Below the pieces are notes generated by a model, which saw only the letters and a list, made by a program, of their open reading frames with translations, was not told where the DNA came from and made no database searches. Source: Thermoanaerobaculia bacterium (GTDB lineage Bacteria > Acidobacteriota > Thermoanaerobaculia > UBA5066). Taken from it: DNA of 64,000 nt. The translations under genes were made by a program, and so were the position numbers. Where the stretch lies: positions 800,001 to 864,000 of the forward strand of contig CAVRAY010000001.1 in NCBI GenBank assembly GCA_963719225.1, in the 5' to 3' direction. Shown piece after piece: positions 28,561 through 37,457 of the stretch (its first letter is position 1; every line of letters begins with the position of its first letter).

Positions 28561-29720
28561 GTGGATGCGTCTGCGCTGATTCGACGCCTCGGGAGGACGC
28601 TCCTCACGCTGACTCTCGCCGCGGCCGGTCCTGCCGCCGCGCAGACCGACGCGCCCCCCGCGACGCCTACTCCCGCCGCGGCGCCCACCCCCGACATCCC
28701 ACCGCCTCAGGCGGGAAGCGGCGGCAGCCAGACGACGAACTACTTCAATCCCAGCATCTCGGTGATCGGGAACTTCCTCGCCGTCGCCGGCCAGAACCGG
28801 GTGGAGAGCCTGCCCAACGCGAGCCTGCGGGAATCGGAAGTCGGCCTCCAGGCGATCGTCGACCCGTACGGCCGGGCCGATTTCTTCCTCTCCTTCGGAG
28901 AGGAAGGCGTCGAGGTGGAAGAGGGCTTCCTGACGTTTACTTCGCTGCCCGCGGGCCTGCTCGCGAAGGTCGGCCGGATGCGCGTGGCATTCGGCAAGAT
29001 CAACACCCTTCATCTCCACGTCCTCCCGTGGCCCGACGCGCCTCTGCCGATCGTGAACCTCCTGGGAGGCGAGGAGGGGTGGATCGGAACGGGCGTCTCT
29101 CTCGCGAAGCTCCTTCCCCTGCCCGGCGACACCTTCTCGGAGATCACGGCGCAGGTGTTTCGCGGGGATTCGGCTGGTTTGTTCGTCGCCGAGAAGCGGA
29201 GCGATCTGGCCTACAACAGTCACTACCGTGTCTTTCGGGACCTGAGCGATTCCACGAACCTCGATCTCGGCTTCTCGTACGGGCAGGGTCCGAACGGAAC
29301 GGCCGCGGACGCGGTGACGCGCCTCGAGGCGATCGACGCGACGTTTCGTTGGAAACCGCTCGTGCGCGGAAACTACAAGTCCGCCTCTTTGAGGGGGAGC
29401 TCTTTCGCAGCCGGCGCGACCAGCCTGACGGCCCCCGAACCGCATGGGGGTGGTTCGTCTCGGGCGAGTACCAGCTCTCCAAGCGCTGGTTCACCGGGGC
29501 GCGCTTCGAGTCCTCCGACCATGCGGACGACTCTGCCAAGCGCGACACCGGCGTCGCCGTGACCCTGACCTTCTGGCCGAGCGAGTTCTCCCAGGTTCGA
29601 GGAGAGTTCCGGCGCCGCCGCTACGAAGGCTATCCAGGCGCGCCGGAAATCTACACGGCCAACGAGCTCCTTCTCCAGCTGCAATTTGCGATCGGCGCGC
29701 ACGGCGCGCACCCGTTCTAG
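28561..29720 (+). pseudogene. Outer-membrane beta-barrel of a metal-uptake system, frameshifted at a G5 tract (29393-29397)
   Basis: FNPSISVIG...E.EEGF...FGKINTLHLH in one frame continues as ELFRSRR...FWPSEFS...GAHGAHPF in another; one extra G joins them. Confidence 0.75.
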
Positions 29721-29740
29721 TGACGAAAGGCTCGGAGATC

Positions 29741-30766
29741 ATGAAGACGGCGAAAGAAGATTCTCTTAGAAGGGTAAGAGGGCGGCTCGCATCGGCTTCG
29801 GCTGCGCCAGGTGGCATCGCCCGCACCACACGCACCGGCCACCTTCTAAGAAAATCCCCGGTCTCCCTCTCTCTCTTGCTCATCGCGCTTCTCTTCTCTT
29901 CCGCCGCGGAGGCGAAGCTCCGGGTCGTCACGTCCCTCCAGGACCTCGCCTCGATCGCGGACGCGATCGGCGGCAACCGGGTGGAGACGTACGCGCTGGC
30001 GAAGGGATATCAGGACCCGCATTTCGTGGACGCCAAGCCCTCCTTCATCCTGAAGCTCTCCCGCGCCGACGTCCTGATCGTCGCCGGTCTCGAGCTCGAG
30101 GTCGGCTACCTGCCGCCGCTGATCGACCAGAGCCGCAACGACAGGATTCATCCCGGCAGCCCCGGGTATCTCGACGCTTCGAGCGGCTGCGACATCCTCC
30201 AGCGGCCGACCCAGCAGGTCACCCGCGCGATGGGCGACGTGCATCCGTACGGGAACCCGCACTACTGGACCGATCCGGAAAACGGCCGCGTGATCGCGCG
30301 GGCCATCGCCCGGAAGCTGTCGGAGCTCGATCCCTTCGGGAAGGCCGTCTTCGAGAAGAACCTCGCCGCTTTCGAAGGACGTCTGACCGAGAAGGAGAAG
30401 GAATGGAACACGAAGATGGGTTCCTACGCGGGGACGAAGGTCGTGACCTTCCACGACTCCTGGCCGAACTTCGCCAAGTACTTCAAGCTCTCGATCGCAG
30501 GGCACATCGAGCCGAAGCCGGGCATTCCGCCCTCGCCCTCTCACACGCTCGAGATCATCAACCTGATCCGGGCGCAGAAGATCCCGGTGATCCTCATCGA
30601 ACCCTACTTCGACAGCAAGACGCCGAAGTACATCGGAGAGAAGACGGGCGCCGCGGTGGTCACGTTCTACCCGTCGGTCGGCGGGATTCCGGAGATCAAG
30701 GACTACTTCTCGCTCTTCGATCACAACATCGAAGCCTTCGTCTCGGCCAGCAAGGCAAAGAAATAG
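29741..30766 (+). CDS. Metal ABC transporter substrate-binding protein (ZnuA/TroA family)
   Basis: QDPHFV, DVHPYGNPHYW, TFHDSW and IEPKPG. Confidence 0.92.
   Translation: MKTAKEDSLRRVRGRLASASAAPGGIARTTRTGHLLRKSPVSLSLLLIALLFSSAAEAKLRVVTSLQDLASIADAIGGNRVETYALAKGYQDPHFVDAKPSFILKLSRADVLIVAGLELEVGYLPPLIDQSRNDRIHPGSPGYLDASSGCDILQRPTQQVTRAMGDVHPYGNPHYWTDPENGRVIARAIARKLSELDPFGKAVFEKNLAAFEGRLTEKEKEWNTKMGSYAGTKVVTFHDSWPNFAKYFKLSIAGHIEPKPGIPPSPSHTLEIINLIRAQKIPVILIEPYFDSKTPKYIGEKTGAAVVTFYPSVGGIPEIKDYFSLFDHNIEAFVSASKAKK
29756..29856. repeat. Convergent pair of the dispersed motif in the 5' end of the ZnuA-like gene
   Basis: GAAGATTCTCTTAGAAGGGTAAGAGGG (29756-29782) and CACCTTCTAAGAAAATC (29840-29856). 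Confidence 0.8.
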
Positions 30767-30770
30767 ACGA

Positions 30771-31610
30771 ATGACGATCCTTCAGATCCTGCTTCCCGCG
30801 TTCGTCGCGAGCCTCATCCTCACCGGAATCCATGCCTATCTCGGCGTTCACGTGGTCGAACGCGGCGTCATCTTCGTCGACCTTTCCCTTGCGCAAATCG
30901 CGGCTCTGGGTACGACGGTCGCGTATCTCGCCGGATACGACCTCCACTCCACCGCTGCGTACGTCTTCTCCCTCGGCTTCACGTTCCTGGGAGCCGCGAT
31001 CTTCGCGATGTCGCGCGTCCACCGTAAGACGCGCATCCCGCAGGAGGCGATCATCGGCATCGTCTACGCGGTGTCGGCGGCGGTCGCCATCCTCGTGATG
31101 TCGAAGGCGACCCAGGAGACGGAGCACCTCAAGGAAATGCTCGTCGGCAACATCCTCTCGGTGACATGGAGCGAGCTGGCGAAGACCGCGCTCCTCTATT
31201 CGCTCGTGGGCTTGTTTCACTTCTTCTTCCGGAAGCGATTCCTCCTGATCTCGATGAACGAGCCGGAAGCGGAGCGGCAGGGTCTGAACATCCGGTGGTG
31301 GGACTTCCTTTTCTACATGTCCTTCGGATTCGTCGTGACGTCGTCGGTCGCGATCGCCGGCGTGCTCCTCGTCTTCTGCTTCCTCATCGTGCCCTCGGTG
31401 ACCGCGATGCTCTTCGCCGAGCGGCTCGGGCCGAGGCTCGCGATCGGCTGGACGATGGGGGCTGTCGTGTCGGCGCTGGGAGTGTGGTTCTCCTTCCAGT
31501 TCGACCTCCCGACGGGCGCGGCCATCGTCGCCACGTTCGGAGCGGCCCTGTTGATCCTCGCGGCCGTCCGGCGCTTCGTACCGGGGCCCTGGAGGAACGC
31601 GGCAGCCTAG
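30771..31610 (+). CDS. Metal ABC transporter permease (ZnuB-like)
   Basis: Multi-TM; GVHVVERGVIFVDLSLAQIAALG, EAIIG and GVLLVFCFLIVP. Confidence 0.9.
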   Translation: MTILQILLPAFVASLILTGIHAYLGVHVVERGVIFVDLSLAQIAALGTTVAYLAGYDLHSTAAYVFSLGFTFLGAAIFAMSRVHRKTRIPQEAIIGIVYAVSAAVAILVMSKATQETEHLKEMLVGNILSVTWSELAKTALLYSLVGLFHFFFRKRFLLISMNEPEAERQGLNIRWWDFLFYMSFGFVVTSSVAIAGVLLVFCFLIVPSVTAMLFAERLGPRLAIGWTMGAVVSALGVWFSFQFDLPTGAAIVATFGAALLILAAVRRFVPGPWRNAAA

Positions 31611-31620
31611 AATCCGGCCC

Positions 31621-32706
31621 ATGCTGAAAAGCCGACGCGCGTTCCTCGAAGAGATCTCGTTCGCCTCGCTCATCGCCGGTTTCCCGCTGCCGGCCCAGGC
31701 GGCCCTCGCCCGGTACGCGGAGAAGCCGCCGGACCCCGTCACCCCGAAGGCGCTCCGCCCCGGCATGACGGTCGCGCTCGTCTCACCCGCGTCGCCCGCC
31801 TGGAATCCCGACCGGAACGACGTCGCCGTGGAGGTCGTCGAATCGATGGGATTCAAGCCGAAGCTGTTCCCGCACGCCCGAGAAGCGACGAACTACCTCG
31901 CGGGAAGCGACGAGCACCGTGCCGCCGATCTCAACGCCGCGTTCGCGGATCCGTCCGTCGACGCGATCTTCTGCCTGCGCGGCGGCTACGGCGCCTCGCG
32001 CATCCTGCCGCTCCTGGATTACGAGACGATCCGAAGGAACCCGAAGGTCCTCTGCGGGTACAGCGACATCACGGCTCTTCTGAACGCGATCAACCGCCTG
32101 ACCGGCCTCGTGACGTTCCACGGGCCCATCGGGGGCGAGATGCAGAGCGATTACACGCTGGCGGCATTCAAGAAAGTGCTCACGCAGACGGTCGCCGCCG
32201 GGCGCATCGCCGAGCCGCCGCCGTTCAAGCCCTCCGAGGGCCATGTGGACGTCGAGAACCGCATCTACAAGCTGGCCTCGGGGAAGGGGAAGGGCAGGCT
32301 CGTGGGCGGCAACATCAGCGTCTTCTCCACGCTCGTCGGCACGCCGTTCGAGCCGGAGCTCAAGGGCCGCATCCTCTTTCTCGAAGAGGTTGGCGAGGAG
32401 CCGTACCGCATCGACCGCTGGCTCACGCAGTTCCTCCTGACCGGAAAGCTTTCGGGCCTCGCGGGTGTGGCGCTCGGGAAGTTCCACGACTGCGGCCCGA
32501 AGGACTACAAGCCGAGCTTCGCCGGCATGGGCACGTGGACGTGGCAGGAGGTCTGTCAGGACCGCCTCGGCAAGCTCGGCGTCCCCGTCGTCGCGAACCT
32601 CGTCTTCGGACACGTCGCCGACAAGGCGACCCTTCCGCTCGGCGTCCTCGCCGAGCTCGACGGAGGCACGGGCACGCTGACGCTTCTCGAGCCCGCGGTC
32701 CGGTGA
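31621..32706 (+). CDS. LD-carboxypeptidase (peptidase S66), Tat signal
   Basis: RGGYG, GYSDIT, GGN, LFLEEVGE and FGH; SRRAFL signal. Confidence 0.93.
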   Translation: MLKSRRAFLEEISFASLIAGFPLPAQAALARYAEKPPDPVTPKALRPGMTVALVSPASPAWNPDRNDVAVEVVESMGFKPKLFPHAREATNYLAGSDEHRAADLNAAFADPSVDAIFCLRGGYGASRILPLLDYETIRRNPKVLCGYSDITALLNAINRLTGLVTFHGPIGGEMQSDYTLAAFKKVLTQTVAAGRIAEPPPFKPSEGHVDVENRIYKLASGKGKGRLVGGNISVFSTLVGTPFEPELKGRILFLEEVGEEPYRIDRWLTQFLLTGKLSGLAGVALGKFHDCGPKDYKPSFAGMGTWTWQEVCQDRLGKLGVPVVANLVFGHVADKATLPLGVLAELDGGTGTLTLLEPAVR

Positions 32707-32710
32707 CGCC

Positions 32711-33364
32711 GTGGCCGATGCCGACTCCCGCGCCGGCCAGAGGTACACGACTCCCGAGATCCTCGACTGGGTCGCGGCCACGCACGCGCCGCACGACGCG
32801 GCGCTCGCGCGCGCGTTCGACGCCCCGGAAAAGCACGGGATGCCGGCCATCCAGCTCGGACCCTCCGAAGGGAAGGCTCTCGAGCTCCTCCTGAAGCTCG
32901 CCGGCGCGCGCCGGGTCGTGGAGATCGGGACCCTCGCCGGGTACTCGGCGATCCGCGCCGCGCGAGCTCTCCCTCCGGAGGGGCACGTCCACACGATCGA
33001 GCTCGACCCGAAGCACGCGCGCATCGCGCGCGAGAATTTCGCCTCGGCGGGGCTCCAGGAGACGATCACGGTTCACGAAGGCCGGGCTCTCGACGTGCTG
33101 CCCCGGCTCGTCTCGTTCGGCCCCTTCGACGCGGTCTTCATCGACGCGGACAAGGCCAACTACGACCGTTACGGGCGCTGGGCGGCCGAGTACACGCGTC
33201 CGGGCGGCCTGCTCGTCGGCGACAACGCGTTCCTCTTCGGCAGGCTCCTCGAGGACTCGCCGGAGGCCGCCGCGATGCGCCGCTTCCACGAGGAGGCGTG
33301 CGCGCACTACGACACGGTCTGCCTTCCGACGCCAGACGGCATGTTGCTGGGCGTCCGGCTCTGA
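32711..33364 (+). CDS. O-methyltransferase (caffeoyl-CoA OMT/YrrM-like)
   Basis: VEIGTLAGYS, FIDADK and GDN. Confidence 0.92.
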   Translation: MADADSRAGQRYTTPEILDWVAATHAPHDAALARAFDAPEKHGMPAIQLGPSEGKALELLLKLAGARRVVEIGTLAGYSAIRAARALPPEGHVHTIELDPKHARIARENFASAGLQETITVHEGRALDVLPRLVSFGPFDAVFIDADKANYDRYGRWAAEYTRPGGLLVGDNAFLFGRLLEDSPEAAAMRRFHEEACAHYDTVCLPTPDGMLLGVRL

Positions 33365-33435
33365 CGCCGATGTGAAGAGCGCGGCTTCGGCTCCGGTGAA
33401 GCGGTAGCCGGCGGCCGGAATCCGCGTCGGCGACT

Positions 33436-34860
33436 TCAGACGCCGAGGAGCAAAGACACGACGTCCTTCGCGGTGTACGAGGACGCGCCCTCTCTCAGGA
33501 AGCGCCCGATCTCCGTGAGATCGTCGCCGGACGTGAGCAGCGGCTTCTCCTTCAGGGCATCGCTCCTCACCTGCGCGTGGCCGATGTTCGCGAGAAGGGC
33601 GTTGCAGAGGCAGCGCCGCCCTTCCGTGTCGGCCGTGGAGCCCCCCTTCGCCGCAAAGGTCGTGGCCGGCTCGGACGGGCACCGATAGCCGATCGACGCA
33701 TCGTCGCGCCGGTACGCCTCGCGCAGGTAGCCGAGGTCGCAGATGCGCATGCGAAGGAGGTAATCCTCTTCCTCCGAAAGGCTGCCTTCCATGCGGGCGA
33801 CCTTGAACGGGAAGCCGGTCGGAGAGGCGACCGGATGCGTGAAGACGTTCGCGGTGCCGGCCAGAGCCATCTTCAGGATGTGCTCCTTGTAGCGGGCGTC
33901 GAGCCCCGACTCCTCGCAGAAGGCGAACGCCGTCCCGACCTGGATCCCCGCCGCGCCAGCCGCGAGCGCCTCGTCGAGACCCTCTCTCGTGCCGTGTCCC
34001 CCCGCGAGCCAGAACGGAAGACCCAGCTCGCGGACCTTCGCGAGATCGATGGCATCCCGCTCCCCGTAGACCGGCTCGCCGGCGGCCGAGAGCTGCATCC
34101 GCCCGCGGGGCGGGGCGTTGTGGCCTCCCGCCGTCGGTCCCTCCACGATGAAGCCGTCCACGCGGCCGTTCGCCTTCCTCACGAGCGTCAGCGCGAGCGT
34201 GTAGGACGAGATGATCGGGAGGAAAAAGGGACGCTTCAACGGAGGGGGAGGCGCGCCGCCTTCGCTCAATTCCCCGGGCTCGAACCGCAGCAGATGATCG
34301 TCGCCTTCCTGCGAATCCGTCACGTTCAGCGGGTAGGTCGAGGGCTCGTGGTTCACGAAGAGGTCGAGGACGAGCGGCACCTTGAGCGGAATTCCGGCGC
34401 CCATCAGGACGTAATCGACCCCCGCCAGCATCGCGCCGTACAGGGACGGAAGAACCGGGAGCTGGATCTTCTCGAGGAAGTTGATCCCGACGAGTCCTTC
34501 ATGGCCTTCCCGGGCGAGGAACACCTCGGTGAAGGAGCCGGCCACGCACAGCTCCAGGAGCTCCCTCGGACTCGTCATCGAGTGCATCGGTACGGCGCGA
34601 TAAGGCTTGTCCGGCGCCTTGCCGCCCTCCACGAAGTACCGATCGAGGATCCGCGCGGCGGCCCGCGGGAACGGGAAGCGGGAGAGCGCGCGTCGGACGT
34701 GACCTCCCGGATCGCCGTCCTGCAGCCGGCGGGCCAGGACCACGTCGAGCGCCGTTCCCGCGGCGACACCGAGCTGCCCCAGCGACGAGACGGCCTGGGC
34801 CAGCCTCCATCCGGAAACGCCGACCCCCATTCCCCCCTGGATGATTCTCGGGTGTTGCAT
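33436..34860 (-). CDS. Nitronate monooxygenase family FMN oxidoreductase
   Basis: IIQGGMGVGVS, MGAGIP, EGPTAGGH, QVGTAF and SPTGFPF. Confidence 0.88.
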   Translation of the reverse strand: MQHPRIIQGGMGVGVSGWRLAQAVSSLGQLGVAAGTALDVVLARRLQDGDPGGHVRRALSRFPFPRAAARILDRYFVEGGKAPDKPYRAVPMHSMTSPRELLELCVAGSFTEVFLAREGHEGLVGINFLEKIQLPVLPSLYGAMLAGVDYVLMGAGIPLKVPLVLDLFVNHEPSTYPLNVTDSQEGDDHLLRFEPGELSEGGAPPPPLKRPFFLPIISSYTLALTLVRKANGRVDGFIVEGPTAGGHNAPPRGRMQLSAAGEPVYGERDAIDLAKVRELGLPFWLAGGHGTREGLDEALAAGAAGIQVGTAFAFCEESGLDARYKEHILKMALAGTANVFTHPVASPTGFPFKVARMEGSLSEEEDYLLRMRICDLGYLREAYRRDDASIGYRCPSEPATTFAAKGGSTADTEGRRCLCNALLANIGHAQVRSDALKEKPLLTSGDDLTEIGRFLREGASSYTAKDVVSLLLGV

Positions 34861-34923
34861 CGTATTGCTCGCGTTTTCGCCGGGGAACGAGCCACGCACG
34901 CCCCGGCCCCCGCGGCCGGGGAG

Positions 34924-34946
34924 AACCATTTTCCGCCGAATGCGTC
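34924..34946 (+). promoter_or_regulatory. Putative ECF-sigma promoter
   Basis: AACC-N15-CGTC, same spacing as the site upstream of the sigma gene. Confidence 0.55.
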
Positions 34947-34966
34947 TTTCCGCATAGAGGTTCCTC

Positions 34967-35749
34967 ATGAAACACCTCCTTCGCGGAGCCCTGATCCTCC
35001 TCCTCGCGGCTTCTCCGGCCTTCGCCGAGCGCACGGTCTCGAAGACGCTCCCCCTCGCGGCAGACGGCAAGGTCACGATCGACACGTACAAAGGCAGCAT
35101 CCGCGTGACGCCCTGGGACCGCGCCGAAGTCGCCGTCGAGGCGCGGATCGTCCCGGACGACAGCTGCGGGTCGGAGCGGGATCAGAAGAGGTGGATGGAC
35201 GCTACGGAAGTCATCATCGAGCCGAGCGGCCGGAACGTGCGGATCGAGTCCGACCACGACAGGCTCGAGACGACGTGGGGCTTCTTCGGAGGCTGCACGA
35301 GCCGTCCGTTCGTCCACTACAGAGTCAGCCTGCCACGCGCGTCCACGCTCCGAATCCACGACTACAAGTCCGACACGGACGTCAAGGACTTCGCAGGCCA
35401 TCTCTCGCTCGAGACGTACAAGGGAACAGTCTCGCTCGCCGGCCTCTCGGGAGCTCTCGACCTGAAGACGTACAAGGGCGAGGTCCGGGCGGAATTCAAG
35501 CGTCTTTCGGGAGCCGTGCATGCGGAGACCTACAAGGGCGACGTGACCCTGACGTTCCCCGCCCAGGCGGCCTTCGAGCTGAGCGCGGACGCCGGCCGCA
35601 GGGGCGAGATCGTCTCGGACTTCGAGGGAGCGGGCCCGATTCGCTCCTCGCGGCGGTCCGGGCTTCGCTCTTCCGCGACGGTGAACGGGGGCGGCCCGCG
35701 CGTCACGCTGTCTACGGACAAGGGAAGGCTCTCGATCCGCCGGGGTTGA
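34967..35749 (+). CDS. DUF4097 beta-strand-repeat secreted protein
   Basis: Signal peptide; repeated TYKG motifs; ending GGGPRVTLSTDKG. Confidence 0.82.
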   Translation: MKHLLRGALILLLAASPAFAERTVSKTLPLAADGKVTIDTYKGSIRVTPWDRAEVAVEARIVPDDSCGSERDQKRWMDATEVIIEPSGRNVRIESDHDRLETTWGFFGGCTSRPFVHYRVSLPRASTLRIHDYKSDTDVKDFAGHLSLETYKGTVSLAGLSGALDLKTYKGEVRAEFKRLSGAVHAETYKGDVTLTFPAQAAFELSADAGRRGEIVSDFEGAGPIRSSRRSGLRSSATVNGGGPRVTLSTDKGRLSIRRG

Positions 35750-35762
35750 GGCCCCTCGCACC

Positions 35763-35787
35763 GTAACCTTCCGGCCGGCGCACCGTC
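35763..35787 (+). promoter_or_regulatory. Putative autoregulated ECF-sigma promoter
   Basis: GTAACC-N15-CGTC just upstream of the sigma GTG. Confidence 0.6.
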
Positions 35788-35795
35788 ATACTCCC

Positions 35796-36428
35796 GTGAG
35801 TGCTGCCGTTTCGGCCGTTCCGGCCTTGGAGGCGTGCGTGGAAGCTCCCGGCGCGAACCCGGACCTGGAAGCGGATCTCGAGTCGATGGAGCAGGTTCGC
35901 CGCGGCGAGGCCGCGGGAGCGGCACGGCTGTTCCACCGCTATGCGGCGCCTCTCCTGAGGTTCACCGGCCGCATCCTCGGCGACCCGGCGGAGGCCGAGG
36001 AGATCACCCAGGACGTCTTTCTCAAGCTCATGGTGCGTGCCGACCAGTACGACGGACGCGCGCCGGTGGCCTCGTGGCTCTTCGCGATCGCGACGAACGC
36101 GTGCCGCGACCGCCTGCGCCGGACCGTCCGTCGGCCGAGCGTCACCCTCGAGGCCGTCGCCGAGGTGAGAGAGCCCGGGATTCCGGTGGACGAGCGGCTG
36201 GCGGAACGGCAGCGGCGCGAGGCCGTCCGGCGGGCGCTCGCCGAGCTCTCCGACGAACAGCGCGAGGCGCTCGTCCTCGCGCGCTATCACGGGATGCCCT
36301 ACGCGGAGATCGCCCGCACGCTCGACATCAGCGAAGGGGCGGTGAAAACGCGGATCTTCCGGGCCATGGAGACGCTCAAGGCCCATTTCTCCGAAGGAGA
36401 CTCGTCATGGAATGCCGCCAGGCTCTGA
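35796..36428 (+). CDS. ECF RNA polymerase sigma factor
   Basis: Region 2 (AEEITQDVF, WLFAIATN) and region 4 (GMPYAEIA...GAVKTRIFRA). Confidence 0.93.
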   Translation: MSAAVSAVPALEACVEAPGANPDLEADLESMEQVRRGEAAGAARLFHRYAAPLLRFTGRILGDPAEAEEITQDVFLKLMVRADQYDGRAPVASWLFAIATNACRDRLRRTVRRPSVTLEAVAEVREPGIPVDERLAERQRREAVRRALAELSDEQREALVLARYHGMPYAEIARTLDISEGAVKTRIFRAMETLKAHFSEGDSSWNAARL

Positions 36429-37420
36429 AGCTCCGGGACCTCGTCCTCGTCCGCCTCGCTGGATCGCAGGCGTCGCCGGAGGACATGTCGTTCCTCGCCT
36501 CCCACCTCGCGTCATGCGAGACCTGCCGCGCGGAAGCGGCGGGAATCGAGTCCGTGTGGGCGCGGCTCGGGGACGACGACGGGGCCGATCTCGTCCCTTC
36601 GGCAGCGTTCGTCGCGCGCACATCGGCCGCAATCGCCGCCGAGAGCCGCGCGCGACGCGAAAACGTCGTCCCGTTCCGCCCGCGTCGGGCTCTCGACTCT
36701 CTCGCGAAGGCCGCGGCCCTGCTGCTCGCGGGCGGGCTCGGATTCCTCGTCGCCCGGACCGGGAACGGCCCTCGGCTCCCCGTGGGCGTCGCCGCGCTCC
36801 CCACGCCGAACGGGCGCGGCGAGAACGTCTCGCTCGTCGCGAATCGCACGGTGGACGCCTCCCGCGCTTCGCTCGACCTCTCGAGCAAGCCACGCCTCGC
36901 GAACGCGACGTATCGCGCCGCGGAGGAGCCGGGGAAGATCGCCGTCTCGTTCGACGTGACGACCCGCTACACGGTCGTCGGACGTCCGGAAGAAAAGGGC
37001 GTGGCGGATCTTCTCGTCTCGCTGATGTCGGGCGCCGCGGAGACGGAAGGCGCACGGGGCCGGGTTCTCGATTTCGTCTCGGCGACGACGCGCGAGGGCG
37101 CGGCCGTCTCTCCCGAGATCGTGAACCTCCTCCGCCGCACGCTCCAATCGGACAAGAATCCGAGCGTGAGGAAGAAGGCGGCCGAGGCTCTCGTGCAGAT
37201 GCCGCCCACTCCCGAGATCCGCGATGCCCTCGCGCACGCGCTGAAGGCCGACGTGAACCCCGCCGTCCGGATCCTCGCGGTGGAAGGGCTCGCGAAATCC
37301 GCCTCGGTGCTGAAGGACCAGAAGACGATCGAAACCCTGAGACAGAAGGCCGGAGACGACCGCGAGAACGGCTACGTGCGCAGCCAGGCCGCGCTCGCGC
37401 TGAAAGGTCTCGAGATCTGA
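36407..37420 (+). CDS. Zinc-finger (ZAS) transmembrane anti-sigma factor with C-terminal HEAT repeats
   Basis: HLASCETC, TM helix, HEAT-like units D.NPSVRKKAAEAL and NPAVRILAVEGL; SD AGGAG. Confidence 0.87.
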   Translation: MECRQALKLRDLVLVRLAGSQASPEDMSFLASHLASCETCRAEAAGIESVWARLGDDDGADLVPSAAFVARTSAAIAAESRARRENVVPFRPRRALDSLAKAAALLLAGGLGFLVARTGNGPRLPVGVAALPTPNGRGENVSLVANRTVDASRASLDLSSKPRLANATYRAAEEPGKIAVSFDVTTRYTVVGRPEEKGVADLLVSLMSGAAETEGARGRVLDFVSATTREGAAVSPEIVNLLRRTLQSDKNPSVRKKAAEALVQMPPTPEIRDALAHALKADVNPAVRILAVEGLAKSASVLKDQKTIETLRQKAGDDRENGYVRSQAALALKGLEI

Positions 37421-37457
37421 TGCCGATACTTTTCTTCCACGGGAGCGTCTTGTCATC

